Shown here: piece by piece, positions 9,650 to 20,260 of the stretch | Position numbering within the stretch: the first letter of the stretch is position 1 | How the letters are laid out: each line of letters opens with the position of its first letter | Source of the DNA: Thermoproteota archaeon | GTDB taxonomy: Archaea; Thermoproteota; Thermoprotei; Thermofilales; B9-G17 | Length of the DNA: 64,000 bases | Reading direction: 5' to 3' | Assembly (NCBI GenBank): GCA_029258885.1 | Contig: JAPDJW010000009.1 | Span: 108,879 to 172,878 of the forward strand | The notes under the pieces: generated by a model | What the model was told of the DNA's origin: nothing | The model's input: only the letters and a program-made list of their open reading frames with translations | Databases searched by the model: none | Position numbers and translations under genes: made by a program

Positions 9650-11629
9650 TCAGGATGAAGACGGAGGAGGTGGAGGAGGCGGGGGTTGCTTTTTCTTTCT
9701 AGCTTTAAGGGCTTTTTCAAACGTTTTCTGGAAGTCTCCATATATTTTCCTGAATCCTATCGTAAGAACAAGCGACATCACTCCACTTAAGGAGGTATTC
9801 TGTAGAGTGCCTAATAGCGGCTTCAATAGCGTCGAGTTTATAATCCACTGGTATACTAGAAAGATTACTGCTACAATGGTTGTTGAAAGGAATGAGCTTG
9901 CACCGGAACCATATATTTTCACCGCAATGTAGCCGATGACGTAGCCTATGAACAGCCCTAGGAGACTGATGTAAAGCGACTGCTTAAATGTCATCGATAC
10001 AACAGAGCTAACTATCGCTGGAACCACAAACAGCATTACTAAAGTATATGGCAGCTCCCTCACGAAAATAAGGTCCTTAAACTCAGCCAACTTTTCTTCA
10101 TCTGTTAGTCCATATTCAACAGCGCGTTTAAGCATGAATATCGCTGATAAGACTGAAAACACAAGGAATCCATTGATATGTATTAGTTTAAACCAGTCCT
10201 CCGGAAACGTATGTCCACCCCAAAGATACTCGTAAGTTATTAACGTTACTCCCGGTAGTGCTTGAGCTGCCAATACTACAGCCATTATCTTATAGATGTA
10301 GTTTCCATACAGCTTATTATAGAATATGTCCTCATAGCCTTCAGGGGGAAGGCCCAGCTCAATAACTTCTGAGTATATAAACTCCTCTTCGAAGCGTTTC
10401 CTAAATAGAAGCCACAGTAGGGGCACGCCAATCCAATCCTGCGATAGAACCGTAGCATATACCATAACAGCTACTGTCATAGATATAGTGGGATTAAGCC
10501 CAGTTATTGATAGGTTATTGTAGAGGAAATATGCTATGTAGAGGGATATTAAGCCGTAGGCGAGCCCTAGCATAATCATAAGCCTACACATGTTCGTACG
10601 TAAATTGTCCTCTAGCTCATTCCAGTATAATGCGAAAAACAGTAAGCAGACAGAGAACAGTATAGCTGGCGCTATATATGTCGGGTTGTACGTTCTGTAA
10701 TACAAAGGATTAATGAGAGCTAAAGCCGTATTAACTGCGAGAAACGCTAACACTAACCATCTCGGAACACTTTTTACGATTCTATTCGAAAATGCTACAA
10801 GAGCTGAGGATAGCAGAATTATAGCCACAGCTATGCCTATATATGTATATGTTAAGTTTAGAACGAGGCTATAATCTGCAGTTCTCATATTCAGTCCAGA
10901 ACACCAGCAGAACACGTTCAATAGGAACTGGGCATTATCCTCCGAGTAAATATAGAAGTCGGAGAACATCGTTTCCGAGCCGAAGACTATAACTCTACCC
11001 TTACCATATACAGCTCCAGCAATAGGCGTAAAGTTGCCGTATACGATTTCATCTTTCTCGAAATCATATGCCGCAGTCTCATCATTAGGTAAAACTATGG
11101 GGTATGAAGGGCTATTAGCAACTAAAGCTATAGCATATGGGACAACGACCCTGCTAACATTAAAGCTGAACTCTTCCCTTATTCTGCTATATACAGGTAT
11201 ATTAATATCATCCCAAAACTTGAATACATTCACTGGATCGATGAGGCCATACGGCGTAACGGTAATATTTAGCGTATTTGTTAGCATAGATGGGTTAAAC
11301 AGGTTATGGATTACAACCATACCGCCACCGTTCTCCAGATACTTCAGGAAATTGTCATATGTCTCCTCAGATATAATGTCGGAGATGAAATAGTCGTAGG
11401 TTAAAACCATCCTGTACTCCCTAAGGCGGCTATAGGATATGTACCAGTCCCTATAGAATTCTATAGAGAAGCCATTGTCTTCTAGAAATCTAAATATTCT
11501 CTCATCTCCAGCAAACATCTCACCTGGATCAAATACTAGAATAGTAACCTTAGGAGAAGCACTTACTCTAAATATCGATACAAGCAACAGAATAAGTGTC
11601 AATATTAATGCTTTTCTCATTCTATTCAC
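9650..11629 (-). CDS. Polytopic membrane protein with N-terminal GATase-like/GIFT (GldG/IFT52-like) ectodomain and C-terminal Pro8 tail
   Basis: Signal peptide; YLENGGGMVVI and YGKGRVIVFGSETMFSD..DNAQFLLNVFCW; ~10 hydrophobic helices; ends KKKQPPPPPPPPSSS. Confidence 0.7.
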   Translation of the reverse strand: MNRMRKALILTLILLLVSIFRVSASPKVTILVFDPGEMFAGDERIFRFLEDNGFSIEFYRDWYISYSRLREYRMVLTYDYFISDIISEETYDNFLKYLENGGGMVVIHNLFNPSMLTNTLNITVTPYGLIDPVNVFKFWDDINIPVYSRIREEFSFNVSRVVVPYAIALVANSPSYPIVLPNDETAAYDFEKDEIVYGNFTPIAGAVYGKGRVIVFGSETMFSDFYIYSEDNAQFLLNVFCWCSGLNMRTADYSLVLNLTYTYIGIAVAIILLSSALVAFSNRIVKSVPRWLVLAFLAVNTALALINPLYYRTYNPTYIAPAILFSVCLLFFALYWNELEDNLRTNMCRLMIMLGLAYGLISLYIAYFLYNNLSITGLNPTISMTVAVMVYATVLSQDWIGVPLLWLLFRKRFEEEFIYSEVIELGLPPEGYEDIFYNKLYGNYIYKIMAVVLAAQALPGVTLITYEYLWGGHTFPEDWFKLIHINGFLVFSVLSAIFMLKRAVEYGLTDEEKLAEFKDLIFVRELPYTLVMLFVVPAIVSSVVSMTFKQSLYISLLGLFIGYVIGYIAVKIYGSGASSFLSTTIVAVIFLVYQWIINSTLLKPLLGTLQNTSLSGVMSLVLTIGFRKIYGDFQKTFEKALKARKKKQPPPPPPPPSSS

Positions 11630-11809
11630 CCTGCCTTATTGTAGTATTATAATCGCTAGGATTATATTAAATTTAAGGAAAAATGGGTTAAAAGATCTAG
11701 TGAACGTCATCATGTAATAATTGATTCAAAACACTATGAGAAATTGACATTTAAAAAAATAGCCTTATATATTATCCGAGGCCTATGAAAATAAATACCT
11801 AGATTGTAT

Positions 11810-14800
11810 TTACCACGGAGGTGGAGGAGGCGGAGGCGGGCGAACTTCCGCCTTCTTCCTACTTCTTCCTAGTGTTACTACAATGATGAAGCCAATAGCT
11901 ACTATAGCGATAACTACTATGGCTATATTTAATATGTTTAACTCTACTCTCCAGTTTGCCACTAAGTGTTTAGGCGAATCCATTGTTATATAGAGCTCAC
12001 GCTGACTCGAAGTTACATCGCCGCTCCATCCGGTAAATACCGCCACCTGGAATAGATTTATGTTAACTTTATCCTCTATCGAGACATGTGCAGTACTGCC
12101 TGCATCGTACCATCCGGCTCCGGACGGGCTACCGTATTGCGACTCTATGGTCAGCTTATACTGCCTAGCATAGTTTGCAACTAATGTCATTGGGCGATCC
12201 AGGAATACCGTTATAGTCGTATCCTGCACGCCCGTACTCCATCCCCTGAAAACTATTCTCTCATAGGGAGAAACCTGTATAGAATCAGCAACTGTAATCG
12301 TGTATTCACCATATCCAGTTATTTCCGCAATACCCTGTGCATCGGTCTTATACGTGACACCGTTTACGACAACATTCATATCGGGTATACCCGTCTCTAT
12401 CCTGAGAACAGCTCCAACAGCTTCAATAATAGCTGAAGCTTCACCAAAGTATGTTTGAGCTACAACCTCAAACCTGCCCGATTCATTAAATATAATGCTA
12501 AAAACGGCTCTTCCATGTTCATCAGTGTAGCCATAGTCAATGATGGAACCATTAACCAATAATCCAACGGCAACTCCACTGAGTCTTTCTCCACCGGTAG
12601 TTTCAACAGTTACTTCAATGTATACTTCTTCTCCAATTGAAGCTTCCTCGGGAGCATCAATACTTACGGAGGCAGCGACCTCCCTTACTATAGGCTCGAT
12701 CCTCCAAGAGGACGACCACCAGGCTCCAGCGAAGAGGTATTTTCCATCAGGAGTTAAAGCTATATGTCTAATCAGCCTGGTAGAGAGGCCTTTATTAAAC
12801 CTATAGATTCTCACGGTGTTGTCTGACGACCTAACGTCCTCGAGGAAGGCATAATACATGCCTTCGCCCTCAACGGATGAAATATACACTATTCCTCTGT
12901 TCCAGTCAACTCTGAGTGCCGTATACTGTTCCGCAGAGCTACAGAGGAAGGGCTGAAGAACCAATGTCTTAAAGCTGAGTGTAGTGCTTGAAATATCCGG
13001 ACAATAAATTATCTTACCCGTAGACTCCAGCGCCAGCATTTCACCGCTACCGCTGATAACTATTGATACTATTCCTCCCTCAGTTCTACCGCTGCTCGGA
13101 TAGACCTGCCTCCAAATAGTATTCTCCTTACTGGTTAGCAAGTTTTCAGCTATAAAGAGCCTGCTAGGACCATCCCAGAAGTAATGGTCGTTTCCCTCGG
13201 TCTTAAAGGTAGGTTCCCCCTCATAAGTCGCTAAAACCCATACATCTCTACCGCCAGCACGATATACCGCTATCCTGCACACCCCTCCATCCTGAGGTAA
13301 ACCTTTATTGGATATGAACCCACTGCGGCTGGCTAGGTCATATACTTCAACGCCATCCTCCTGAAGAGCTAAAACTACGTAGTGATCCACGAGAATCCCA
13401 TACACTGCTGGATTGCTCGTTAGGTTAACAGCTCCCTTTACAAGTAATTTACCTGTTTTCCTTGCCTCACATATATATTCGATGGATACCGCTATCAAGC
13501 CGTACCTCTTTGGAGCCTTACCCGATACTCCAGGAACGGGACCTGGATATCCAGTTATTATCAAAAGATCCAGTGGATAATCCTTTCCATCAACAGTAAC
13601 CTTATAGCCATACTCCTGTGGCAGAGGCAGTGCACACCAGGGGAACCCAGCCCTAATAGCTGTTGGAGGCAGGTCAAAACAGTCAAGCCAAGTATTTCCA
13701 TAGTCATAGGATATCTCGATGCCTGCCTGGCACACAACCATGAAAGTATGTGAAAACGGTTCTCTATTGAGGAACCATATCTGATTCATGCACTCCCCGT
13801 AGAGTCCCGAGTAAGATGGATTCCAAGTTCTTCCTCCATCCACCGTCTTAAGCAGACACCTGAAGGAGTAGGAGCAGGTATATGCTATCTTGGCTCCAAC
13901 GACACCATCTATAGTAATTGTATAGTCGTCCGGATTGTCTCCCTCTCCATGCTTATCTATTGCTATAAATGCACCCCATCCATTAGTTATAAACGAATGG
14001 AGAAATTCCTCTTTCACGGGATCCCATGCAAACACTCCAAATACGCACTCCTGAGGCTCGGGATAGGGATAGGCTCTCACCAGCTTTCCTGGAGTACCCC
14101 ACCATACCCTATTCGGATTATATGGATCAACTTCAACTTCACTTATAACAGGAATTATTGGCAGGGATATAGGCTTTAAGGCACCCTCTGTTGGATCTAT
14201 CCTCCTCCACTTCCAGCTATTGTGCTTATATTCTCCCCTATAAATCCAGTCATTATACGTCCCCAAGTATACGATATCATAGTCCACAGCCACATCTACG
14301 TCGGTTGTAGCCTTATCCATAAGCTTAATCCACTTCCACTCGCCTGTGAGATTAGTAGCCATGTATAACCCGCTGGGATACTTAGATACGAAGAGCGTAG
14401 GACCTAAACCAGCAAAGTCGGGGTCGTATGCAAGCCTATAGACGATCATCTTAACATTCTTCGGGACGACATCTGGGGGCAAAGCATGTCTTATGGCAGT
14501 CCATTCGCCACTACTTTCGTTGTATATCAGCTCATATATCCAGTTAATCTGTTTAGCCTGAGGATTAAGGCTCTTAATTCCAACATACAAGTGTTTACTG
14601 CTCAAAGCAACTATAGATGCAATTTCACAGAACTCCTTCTTCTCCAAATCCTCGTCTCCAGTATTAATTCTCCTCCACGAGAATCCATCGTCAAAGCTAA
14701 TATACATTCCTCCCTTGCCAGCTCCAGCAAATAACACACCTTCACTTTCAGCCATCGATACAAAGCCAACATCCACAAGGTTCTCCTCAGTAATCCTACT

Positions 14801-16432
14801 CCAGCTTCTAGCCCCATCAGTACTTCTAAAAGCGGAGTTACCAGTTGCAGATATGACAGTATGTTTCGACGTAACGTAAACGAAGTATTGATCCCCGCCG
14901 TCTGGACCTATATTCACCCACTCGCCGTCAAGAACCTTAACTCCTCTAGGCTGAGGTATCAGCGCAAGTACGCCCGGCAAATCGGGATCCCAGTTGTTAA
15001 AGTAAACTCTATCGGCCATTTCAGCTACTGATGCAATTTCAATCAGCTTCCTAACGTTAGTTACGTGGAGAAATTCTCTATCTGAAATCAGGTGATTCCT
15101 AACATTATCAAAGGTTATGTCGATATTAGCGGCGTTCTCAACCCCCTCCACGCTTCGTCCAGCCACGTACTCCAGATAGCTCATGTCAGGATTAAGCCTA
15201 ATCCATATACCCCTCTTCTTGAAAGCATTATAGTTAACAACAATATTCGGGAAGTCGGGCGCTGGACACATATGCTCCTTCAGGAATCCTAGCTGCATAA
15301 CCTTAAGCCAGGGAGCATTAGCAACAATTTCATCGTAGTGAAACCCCATATCCCTATTATACCAGAAGTTGTATGTTTCATCTAAATCCATAATAACGCT
15401 GGGAAGCCCCGCTAAAAGACCCTTTTCACTTGCAGCCTTAATCACCAGGTAGGAATACACCTTCCTAACACGACCCTCAAGCACAACTATCCAAGGCCTA
15501 AATATGTAATCCTCATAGGGATCTATCCTACCATTACCGTTTAGATCGGTGTTGTAGAACACTCCTCCCCCGGTATAGTCCGGCTTACCATTGCCATTAT
15601 TATCGAGGTAAAAGCCTACAGTGTTATCATAGCTAAGAGTGGTAAAGTTAATGAAACACCACGTCTCGTTGCATGTACCCGGAACGTAGTTCGGATTCCT
15701 CATATCGTTCCACGGCAATCCATCTCCATCAGCATCATAGTTCGGCTGCTTATCATCCCCATTCCTACCTAAATCGGTAGTAGTAAGGAAGTTTGTAGCA
15801 GGGCTCTCATAGAAGACTATGTATTTAACGTTCTCAAGGCCACTACTATATCTGGCGAAAACCATAGCAGCCATAACTCCGCCGTAGGATGAGCCATACA
15901 TGCCGACATTATCCGTTAAAACCTGATAGTCGACGTAATCACCTATAGTCTTACCGGAACCACTTGCAAGTTTTCCCTGAGCAAAACGAAGCACTGAATA
16001 GAGTGCCTCATAGCATGCATCACCCCTATAGTCGTAGATCCCACCGCTTTCAAGGTAAAGCTTTTCACCGGAAGGCGTCTTAAACGTAGTATTACCTCCT
16101 GGGAAAATAAAGTATATCCATATTATGCCATGAGGATCCCAATCATAGTCTAGAAATGGAAAGAAGCCAGCGTATGGGCCGCCATGCACGTATACGACAA
16201 CGGGAGCGGCTGAACCATATCTAGGCTCCTTAGGATAAAGCATTAAGGTAGCAACACCCTTAGATCCAGCGGAGGAACACGGTATCCAGAATATAACAGC
16301 ATAAAACTTCTCAAACTCGTATGGACCGTATTCCTCCGGAGAGGCAATTGGCTGAGCTTGAAGGAACATTAGCTGAGGTCCGGTAATTAGTAGTAATATG
16401 TATAACGATATTAAAATTCTACGTATGTGCAT
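11810..16432 (-). CDS. Giant surface protein: alpha/beta-hydrolase domain, BNR/Asp-box beta-propeller, Ig-like and repeat stalk, C-terminal TM, Pro8-Trp tail
   Basis: Likely ATG at 16432 after GGTGA RBS (track uses TTG 16519). PVVVYVHGG and GMYGSSYGG nucleophile elbow; DxDxDG-like loops; Asp-boxes STDGARSW, SFDDGFSW, TVDGGRTW, SYDYGNTW; YGSPSGAGWY repeat; TM then RPPPPPPPPW. Confidence 0.8.
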   Translation of the reverse strand: MHIRRILISLYILLLITGPQLMFLQAQPIASPEEYGPYEFEKFYAVIFWIPCSSAGSKGVATLMLYPKEPRYGSAAPVVVYVHGGPYAGFFPFLDYDWDPHGIIWIYFIFPGGNTTFKTPSGEKLYLESGGIYDYRGDACYEALYSVLRFAQGKLASGSGKTIGDYVDYQVLTDNVGMYGSSYGGVMAAMVFARYSSGLENVKYIVFYESPATNFLTTTDLGRNGDDKQPNYDADGDGLPWNDMRNPNYVPGTCNETWCFINFTTLSYDNTVGFYLDNNGNGKPDYTGGGVFYNTDLNGNGRIDPYEDYIFRPWIVVLEGRVRKVYSYLVIKAASEKGLLAGLPSVIMDLDETYNFWYNRDMGFHYDEIVANAPWLKVMQLGFLKEHMCPAPDFPNIVVNYNAFKKRGIWIRLNPDMSYLEYVAGRSVEGVENAANIDITFDNVRNHLISDREFLHVTNVRKLIEIASVAEMADRVYFNNWDPDLPGVLALIPQPRGVKVLDGEWVNIGPDGGDQYFVYVTSKHTVISATGNSAFRSTDGARSWSRITEENLVDVGFVSMAESEGVLFAGAGKGGMYISFDDGFSWRRINTGDEDLEKKEFCEIASIVALSSKHLYVGIKSLNPQAKQINWIYELIYNESSGEWTAIRHALPPDVVPKNVKMIVYRLAYDPDFAGLGPTLFVSKYPSGLYMATNLTGEWKWIKLMDKATTDVDVAVDYDIVYLGTYNDWIYRGEYKHNSWKWRRIDPTEGALKPISLPIIPVISEVEVDPYNPNRVWWGTPGKLVRAYPYPEPQECVFGVFAWDPVKEEFLHSFITNGWGAFIAIDKHGEGDNPDDYTITIDGVVGAKIAYTCSYSFRCLLKTVDGGRTWNPSYSGLYGECMNQIWFLNREPFSHTFMVVCQAGIEISYDYGNTWLDCFDLPPTAIRAGFPWCALPLPQEYGYKVTVDGKDYPLDLLIITGYPGPVPGVSGKAPKRYGLIAVSIEYICEARKTGKLLVKGAVNLTSNPAVYGILVDHYVVLALQEDGVEVYDLASRSGFISNKGLPQDGGVCRIAVYRAGGRDVWVLATYEGEPTFKTEGNDHYFWDGPSRLFIAENLLTSKENTIWRQVYPSSGRTEGGIVSIVISGSGEMLALESTGKIIYCPDISSTTLSFKTLVLQPFLCSSAEQYTALRVDWNRGIVYISSVEGEGMYYAFLEDVRSSDNTVRIYRFNKGLSTRLIRHIALTPDGKYLFAGAWWSSSWRIEPIVREVAASVSIDAPEEASIGEEVYIEVTVETTGGERLSGVAVGLLVNGSIIDYGYTDEHGRAVFSIIFNESGRFEVVAQTYFGEASAIIEAVGAVLRIETGIPDMNVVVNGVTYKTDAQGIAEITGYGEYTITVADSIQVSPYERIVFRGWSTGVQDTTITVFLDRPMTLVANYARQYKLTIESQYGSPSGAGWYDAGSTAHVSIEDKVNINLFQVAVFTGWSGDVTSSQRELYITMDSPKHLVANWRVELNILNIAIVVIAIVAIGFIIVVTLGRSRKKAEVRPPPPPPPPW

Positions 16433-16631
16433 GACATCACCTAAACTAAGGTATACCTTAACTAAATCAGCGAATAAATAAACAGTAATGTTTTTAATAT
16501 CGCTTACGATTAACTTCAAAAAGCTATAATATTACATACCGGAAATATAGTCAGGCATGCATCATAAGATAAATAATTTAGATAAATTAAAAATTATCTA
16601 AATAATTACGTTAAAACGGATGATTATCTAA

Positions 16632-17465
16632 TTAGCTTCTACCGGATAAATCGAATCCCTGTTCATCGAGAAAGCCCTTAATTAATGTTAAAATATCTCT
16701 ATTTCTAGCGGATATTATATTCACCCTTTCAGATAGATTCAGCCTTATATTCTTCTCATCCTTTGATGTATATATTCTAGCTCCAGCCTCTTTTAGTATT
16801 AGGTAGGCGGCGGCTATATCAACAACCCTCAATGTATTCCAGAAGCATACGAAGGCATCAACAGTATTGCTTGCAACATGGCAAGCCTCAATACTTGCGC
16901 ATCCAAGTATCCTAACCCAAAATCCATTTTCAATCAAATACCTAATTACCCCTATGGGTTTAAGCCCAGCTTTTCGTGGAAAAGATACGTTAGCTACGGG
17001 CTTGAAAACCGCTGGTGTAACCTCTATTTTCCTACTGTTAAGGTATGCGCCGCTACCTCTGTATCCATAGTAGACGTCGTCGGTAACCACGCTTCTAACG
17101 ACGCCAGCAATTATATCAGCGAAGCTATCCCCCTTAGAGACGGCTATAGATATAGAGTATATCCCTATGCCCTTCTCAGCGTTGAGACTTCCATCGATGG
17201 GATCTATTATGAAATACAACTCAGGGCTTCTACCCTTAGTTAAGACCCCCTTCTCCTCGGAGACAATAACGTATTCGTCAAACGATGAATCTACACTCTT
17301 AACTATTGCATCCTCAACCTCTCTATCAATTCCAAGGGTAATATCGCCGGATGCGCCTACGCCCAGCCTCCTTCCAGCCTCACCACTAGCAGCTACCCTA
17401 CGAGCGACTTCACGCGCCTCCTCTGAAACCTCGAGAATAAACTCTAGAATATCCCTGAAACTCAT
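16632..17465 (-). CDS. suhB: Inositol monophosphatase / fructose-1,6-bisphosphatase (IMPase family)
   Basis: VSEE, IIDPIDGSLN, RILGCAS, RVVDIAAA motifs. Confidence 0.9.
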   Translation of the reverse strand: MSFRDILEFILEVSEEAREVARRVAASGEAGRRLGVGASGDITLGIDREVEDAIVKSVDSSFDEYVIVSEEKGVLTKGRSPELYFIIDPIDGSLNAEKGIGIYSISIAVSKGDSFADIIAGVVRSVVTDDVYYGYRGSGAYLNSRKIEVTPAVFKPVANVSFPRKAGLKPIGVIRYLIENGFWVRILGCASIEACHVASNTVDAFVCFWNTLRVVDIAAAYLILKEAGARIYTSKDEKNIRLNLSERVNIISARNRDILTLIKGFLDEQGFDLSGRS

Positions 17466-17568
17466 GGTTATAGAGATACATTAATAGACTATATATTGCT
17501 TAACATGCATCCTTCAAATAGCGGCTAGCTAAATGCTTAGGCAAAGCTTATTAATTCTATAGCATTCT

Positions 17569-17594
17569 GTTAACATGTTTATAAACATGTTAAC
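17569..17594. promoter_or_regulatory. Perfect 26-bp palindrome, candidate ThiR operator of the thiamine-salvage operon
   Basis: GTTAACATGTTTATAAACATGTTAAC between TATA-like TTATTAAT (~17548) and the ATG at 17604. Confidence 0.7.
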
Positions 17595-17603
17595 GGTGGA
17601 ACT

Positions 17604-18878
17604 ATGAGTTTCATACGTGCTCCACCCGAATGGGGTATTGAACCCGTACCAGAGGAGCTGAGGAAGCTTAGGCACTTCGACATAGCCGTACTATGGTCAA
17701 GCCTAGGCGTAGGTCTACTAGTAATGCAGGCAGGGGCACTGCTGGTTCAGTGGCTTAACTTATCAGTCATTGAGGCTATCATAATATCAATAGTTGGATC
17801 CATTATAGGTTCGCTTATTCTAGCGGTAGCTGGAATAATAGGCGGAAAGTATGGCGTACCCACTATGGTCAGTTTAAGGCCTATAATGGGTTTAAAGGGT
17901 AGCTATCTGCTAACTTTTCTCAACGTTATTCAGCTTGTAGGCTGGACTACATTCGAATTCATAGTAATGGGAGATGCTGCTACAGCTATAACCGGCGAGT
18001 TTCTGGGCTCCTATACAAAGTACTTCTGGATAACCATTGTAGCTATCTGGTGCTATCTCATGGCTACGTTAGGTCCTCTAGCTGTTGTAAGGGAGTGGCT
18101 AGAGAAGTTTGCGATATGGATAGTTTATTTATCATCGATATGGATAACTTTAAACATAACCTCAGTAATATCATTCAGCCCACAACAGTTTTCCGGTAGC
18201 ATATCAGCGTTGCTTCTAGGTCTAGACCTAGTGGTTGCAATGCCTATTTCATGGATGCCTCTAATCGCCGACTACAATAGGTTTAATAGGAGTAGTCGTG
18301 AGGGAGTAATAGGTACCTTTATTGGATATACTATTGCAAATACCTGGTTCTATTCGATGGGTGCATGCTTAGCCTACGTTTATCCTGGTGAAAGCATAGT
18401 TTACTCTATAGCGTTAATATACCTAGGAGTCCTAGCTATACTCGGAATACTCGTGGATGAAACCGATAACGCATTTGCAGACATATATTCCTCCGCTGTT
18501 TCACTGCAAAACATCTTTCAGAAGACTAGACAATGGAAGCTAGCTCTATTCGTCACTGTTATAAGCCTCATTCTAGCATATACTATACCCATAGCTGAGT
18601 ATGAGAGCTTCCTTCTCCTAATAGGTGCCTCATTTATACCTATATTCGGGATAATGATGGGTGATGCTTTAATAATACGTAAGTTAAACTACGATGTTAC
18701 CGAGTTCTATGGAAAGGCCCCCTCAATTAAATGGAGTGCAGTATTTTCGTGGATAATAGGCTTCACAGTATACTATCTCCTAAGCTACGTATTCGTTGAT
18801 CTCAGCATTGGAGCAAGCATACCCACTCTAATTATATCATTATTAATATACGTATTAATTGAGAAGGCTAGGAGGTGA
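17604..18878 (+). CDS. cytX: NCS1/cytosine-permease family transporter, putative HMP/thiamine-precursor transporter (CytX-like)
   Basis: ~12 [28 protein letters not shown]; first gene of operon with thiD and thiW. Confidence 0.82.
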   Translation: MSFIRAPPEWGIEPVPEELRKLRHFDIAVLWSSLGVGLLVMQAGALLVQWLNLSVIEAIIISIVGSIIGSLILAVAGIIGGKYGVPTMVSLRPIMGLKGSYLLTFLNVIQLVGWTTFEFIVMGDAATAITGEFLGSYTKYFWITIVAIWCYLMATLGPLAVVREWLEKFAIWIVYLSSIWITLNITSVISFSPQQFSGSISALLLGLDLVVAMPISWMPLIADYNRFNRSSREGVIGTFIGYTIANTWFYSMGACLAYVYPGESIVYSIALIYLGVLAILGILVDETDNAFADIYSSAVSLQNIFQKTRQWKLALFVTVISLILAYTIPIAEYESFLLLIGASFIPIFGIMMGDALIIRKLNYDVTEFYGKAPSIKWSAVFSWIIGFTVYYLLSYVFVDLSIGASIPTLIISLLIYVLIEKARR

Positions 18879-18882
18879 ACAT

Positions 18883-20256
18883 ATGGACTTAAGATACGGA
18901 ACCCACGGTAGAATACCCGTTGCAATGACTATAGCTGGAAGCGATTCAGGAGGAGGAGCCGGAATTGAGGCTGACCTTAAAACCTTCGCAGCCCTAGGAG
19001 TACACGGTACCGTTACATTAACGGCAATAACTGCACAAAACACCTATTCCGTCACCGGAGTTCAAGATGTTGAGCTTGAAATTATTGCTAAGCAAATAGA
19101 TGCCGTTGCCGAAGACCTAGGTATAGATGCAGCTAAGACCGGTATGCTCCATACAAGTGAGATAATAAGGCTAGTTGCTGAGAAGGTGAAGGAATACGGA
19201 TTCCCCCTCGTAGTCGATCCGGTAATGATAGCCAAAAGCGGAGCTCCACTACTTAAAAAGGAAGCCGTTAAGACCCTTATTGAAGTACTTATACCTATAG
19301 CAACAGTCATTACACCGAATATACCTGAAGCCGAGGTAATAACCGGATTAAAGATAGAAGATAAAGGGGACATGCTGAAAGCCGCTAAAAGGATAGTTGA
19401 ACTCGGCCCCAAAGCAGTAGTGGTGAAGGGAGGACATGCTAAGGGTATGTTTTCAATAGACATACTCTACCATGAGGGCGAAGTTGTAGAGTTTAAGTCG
19501 CCGAGGTACGAGGTAAAGACAACCCACGGCACTGGATGCAGTTTTTCTGCAGCAATTGCCGCAGAGCTAGCTAAGGGTAAGGATGTTGTATCAGCCGTAA
19601 AAATGGCTAAGAAGCTCATATCTCTAGGGATAAGATACGGCATACCTGTAGGGAAGGGGCACGGTCCAGTTAACCCCATGGCCATACTGTACAAGGAGGC
19701 GGCAAAATACTCTGTCCTCAGAAGGGTGTTCAATGCTCTAATGAAGCTTGAGGAAATACCCAATATCTCAAGACTTGTCCCGGAGGTAGGAATGAACCTA
19801 GCTGAGGCAATACCCTACGCCGAGGATATGGGCGACGTTGTAGCTGTGCCAGGTAGAGTTAGATCCTCAAGAAACGGAAGAATATTCTGGAGCTGCCCAG
19901 ATTTTAATGCCTCATCACACCTAGCTAGGTATATAATGAAGGCTATGGAGTACGATCCATCCATTAGGGCGGCAATCAACGTTAGATTTAACAGGAATTT
20001 CATTGAGGCCGCTGAAAAGCTAGGATTTAAGGTATCCTACTATGATAGGCGCGAGGAGCCACCTGAGGTTAAGGCTGTTGAGGGCATGACCGTGCAGTGG
20101 GGGCTTGAACAGGCTATAAAGAGGATCGGTTGCTTACCAGACGTGGTTTATCATGAGGGCGATTGGGGTAAAGAGCCAATGATAGTGGTTTTTGGCTGTG
20201 ACGCGGTGGATGTAGTTAATAAGGTAGCTAAGATATGGAGCAGTATAGAGGAGTAA
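18883..20256 (+). CDS. thiDN: Bifunctional HMP/HMP-P kinase and ThiN thiamine-phosphate synthase
   Basis: ATG 18883 after [50 protein letters not shown]; C-terminal IPEVGMN-like, [16 protein letters not shown] ThiN domain. Confidence 0.95.
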   Translation: MDLRYGTHGRIPVAMTIAGSDSGGGAGIEADLKTFAALGVHGTVTLTAITAQNTYSVTGVQDVELEIIAKQIDAVAEDLGIDAAKTGMLHTSEIIRLVAEKVKEYGFPLVVDPVMIAKSGAPLLKKEAVKTLIEVLIPIATVITPNIPEAEVITGLKIEDKGDMLKAAKRIVELGPKAVVVKGGHAKGMFSIDILYHEGEVVEFKSPRYEVKTTHGTGCSFSAAIAAELAKGKDVVSAVKMAKKLISLGIRYGIPVGKGHGPVNPMAILYKEAAKYSVLRRVFNALMKLEEIPNISRLVPEVGMNLAEAIPYAEDMGDVVAVPGRVRSSRNGRIFWSCPDFNASSHLARYIMKAMEYDPSIRAAINVRFNRNFIEAAEKLGFKVSYYDRREEPPEVKAVEGMTVQWGLEQAIKRIGCLPDVVYHEGDWGKEPMIVVFGCDAVDVVNKVAKIWSSIEE

Positions 20257-20260
20257 TACT

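Noticed and set aside
9660-9690. GGA/GGT microsatellite as a slippage repeat (also at 11817 and 21363)
   Set aside because: Mixed codons encode poly-Pro on the minus strand; it is a protein motif, not a tandem DNA repeat
17569-17604. TPP riboswitch ahead of the thiamine operon
   Set aside because: Leader too short and lacks the conserved riboswitch core; the palindrome fits a DNA operator better
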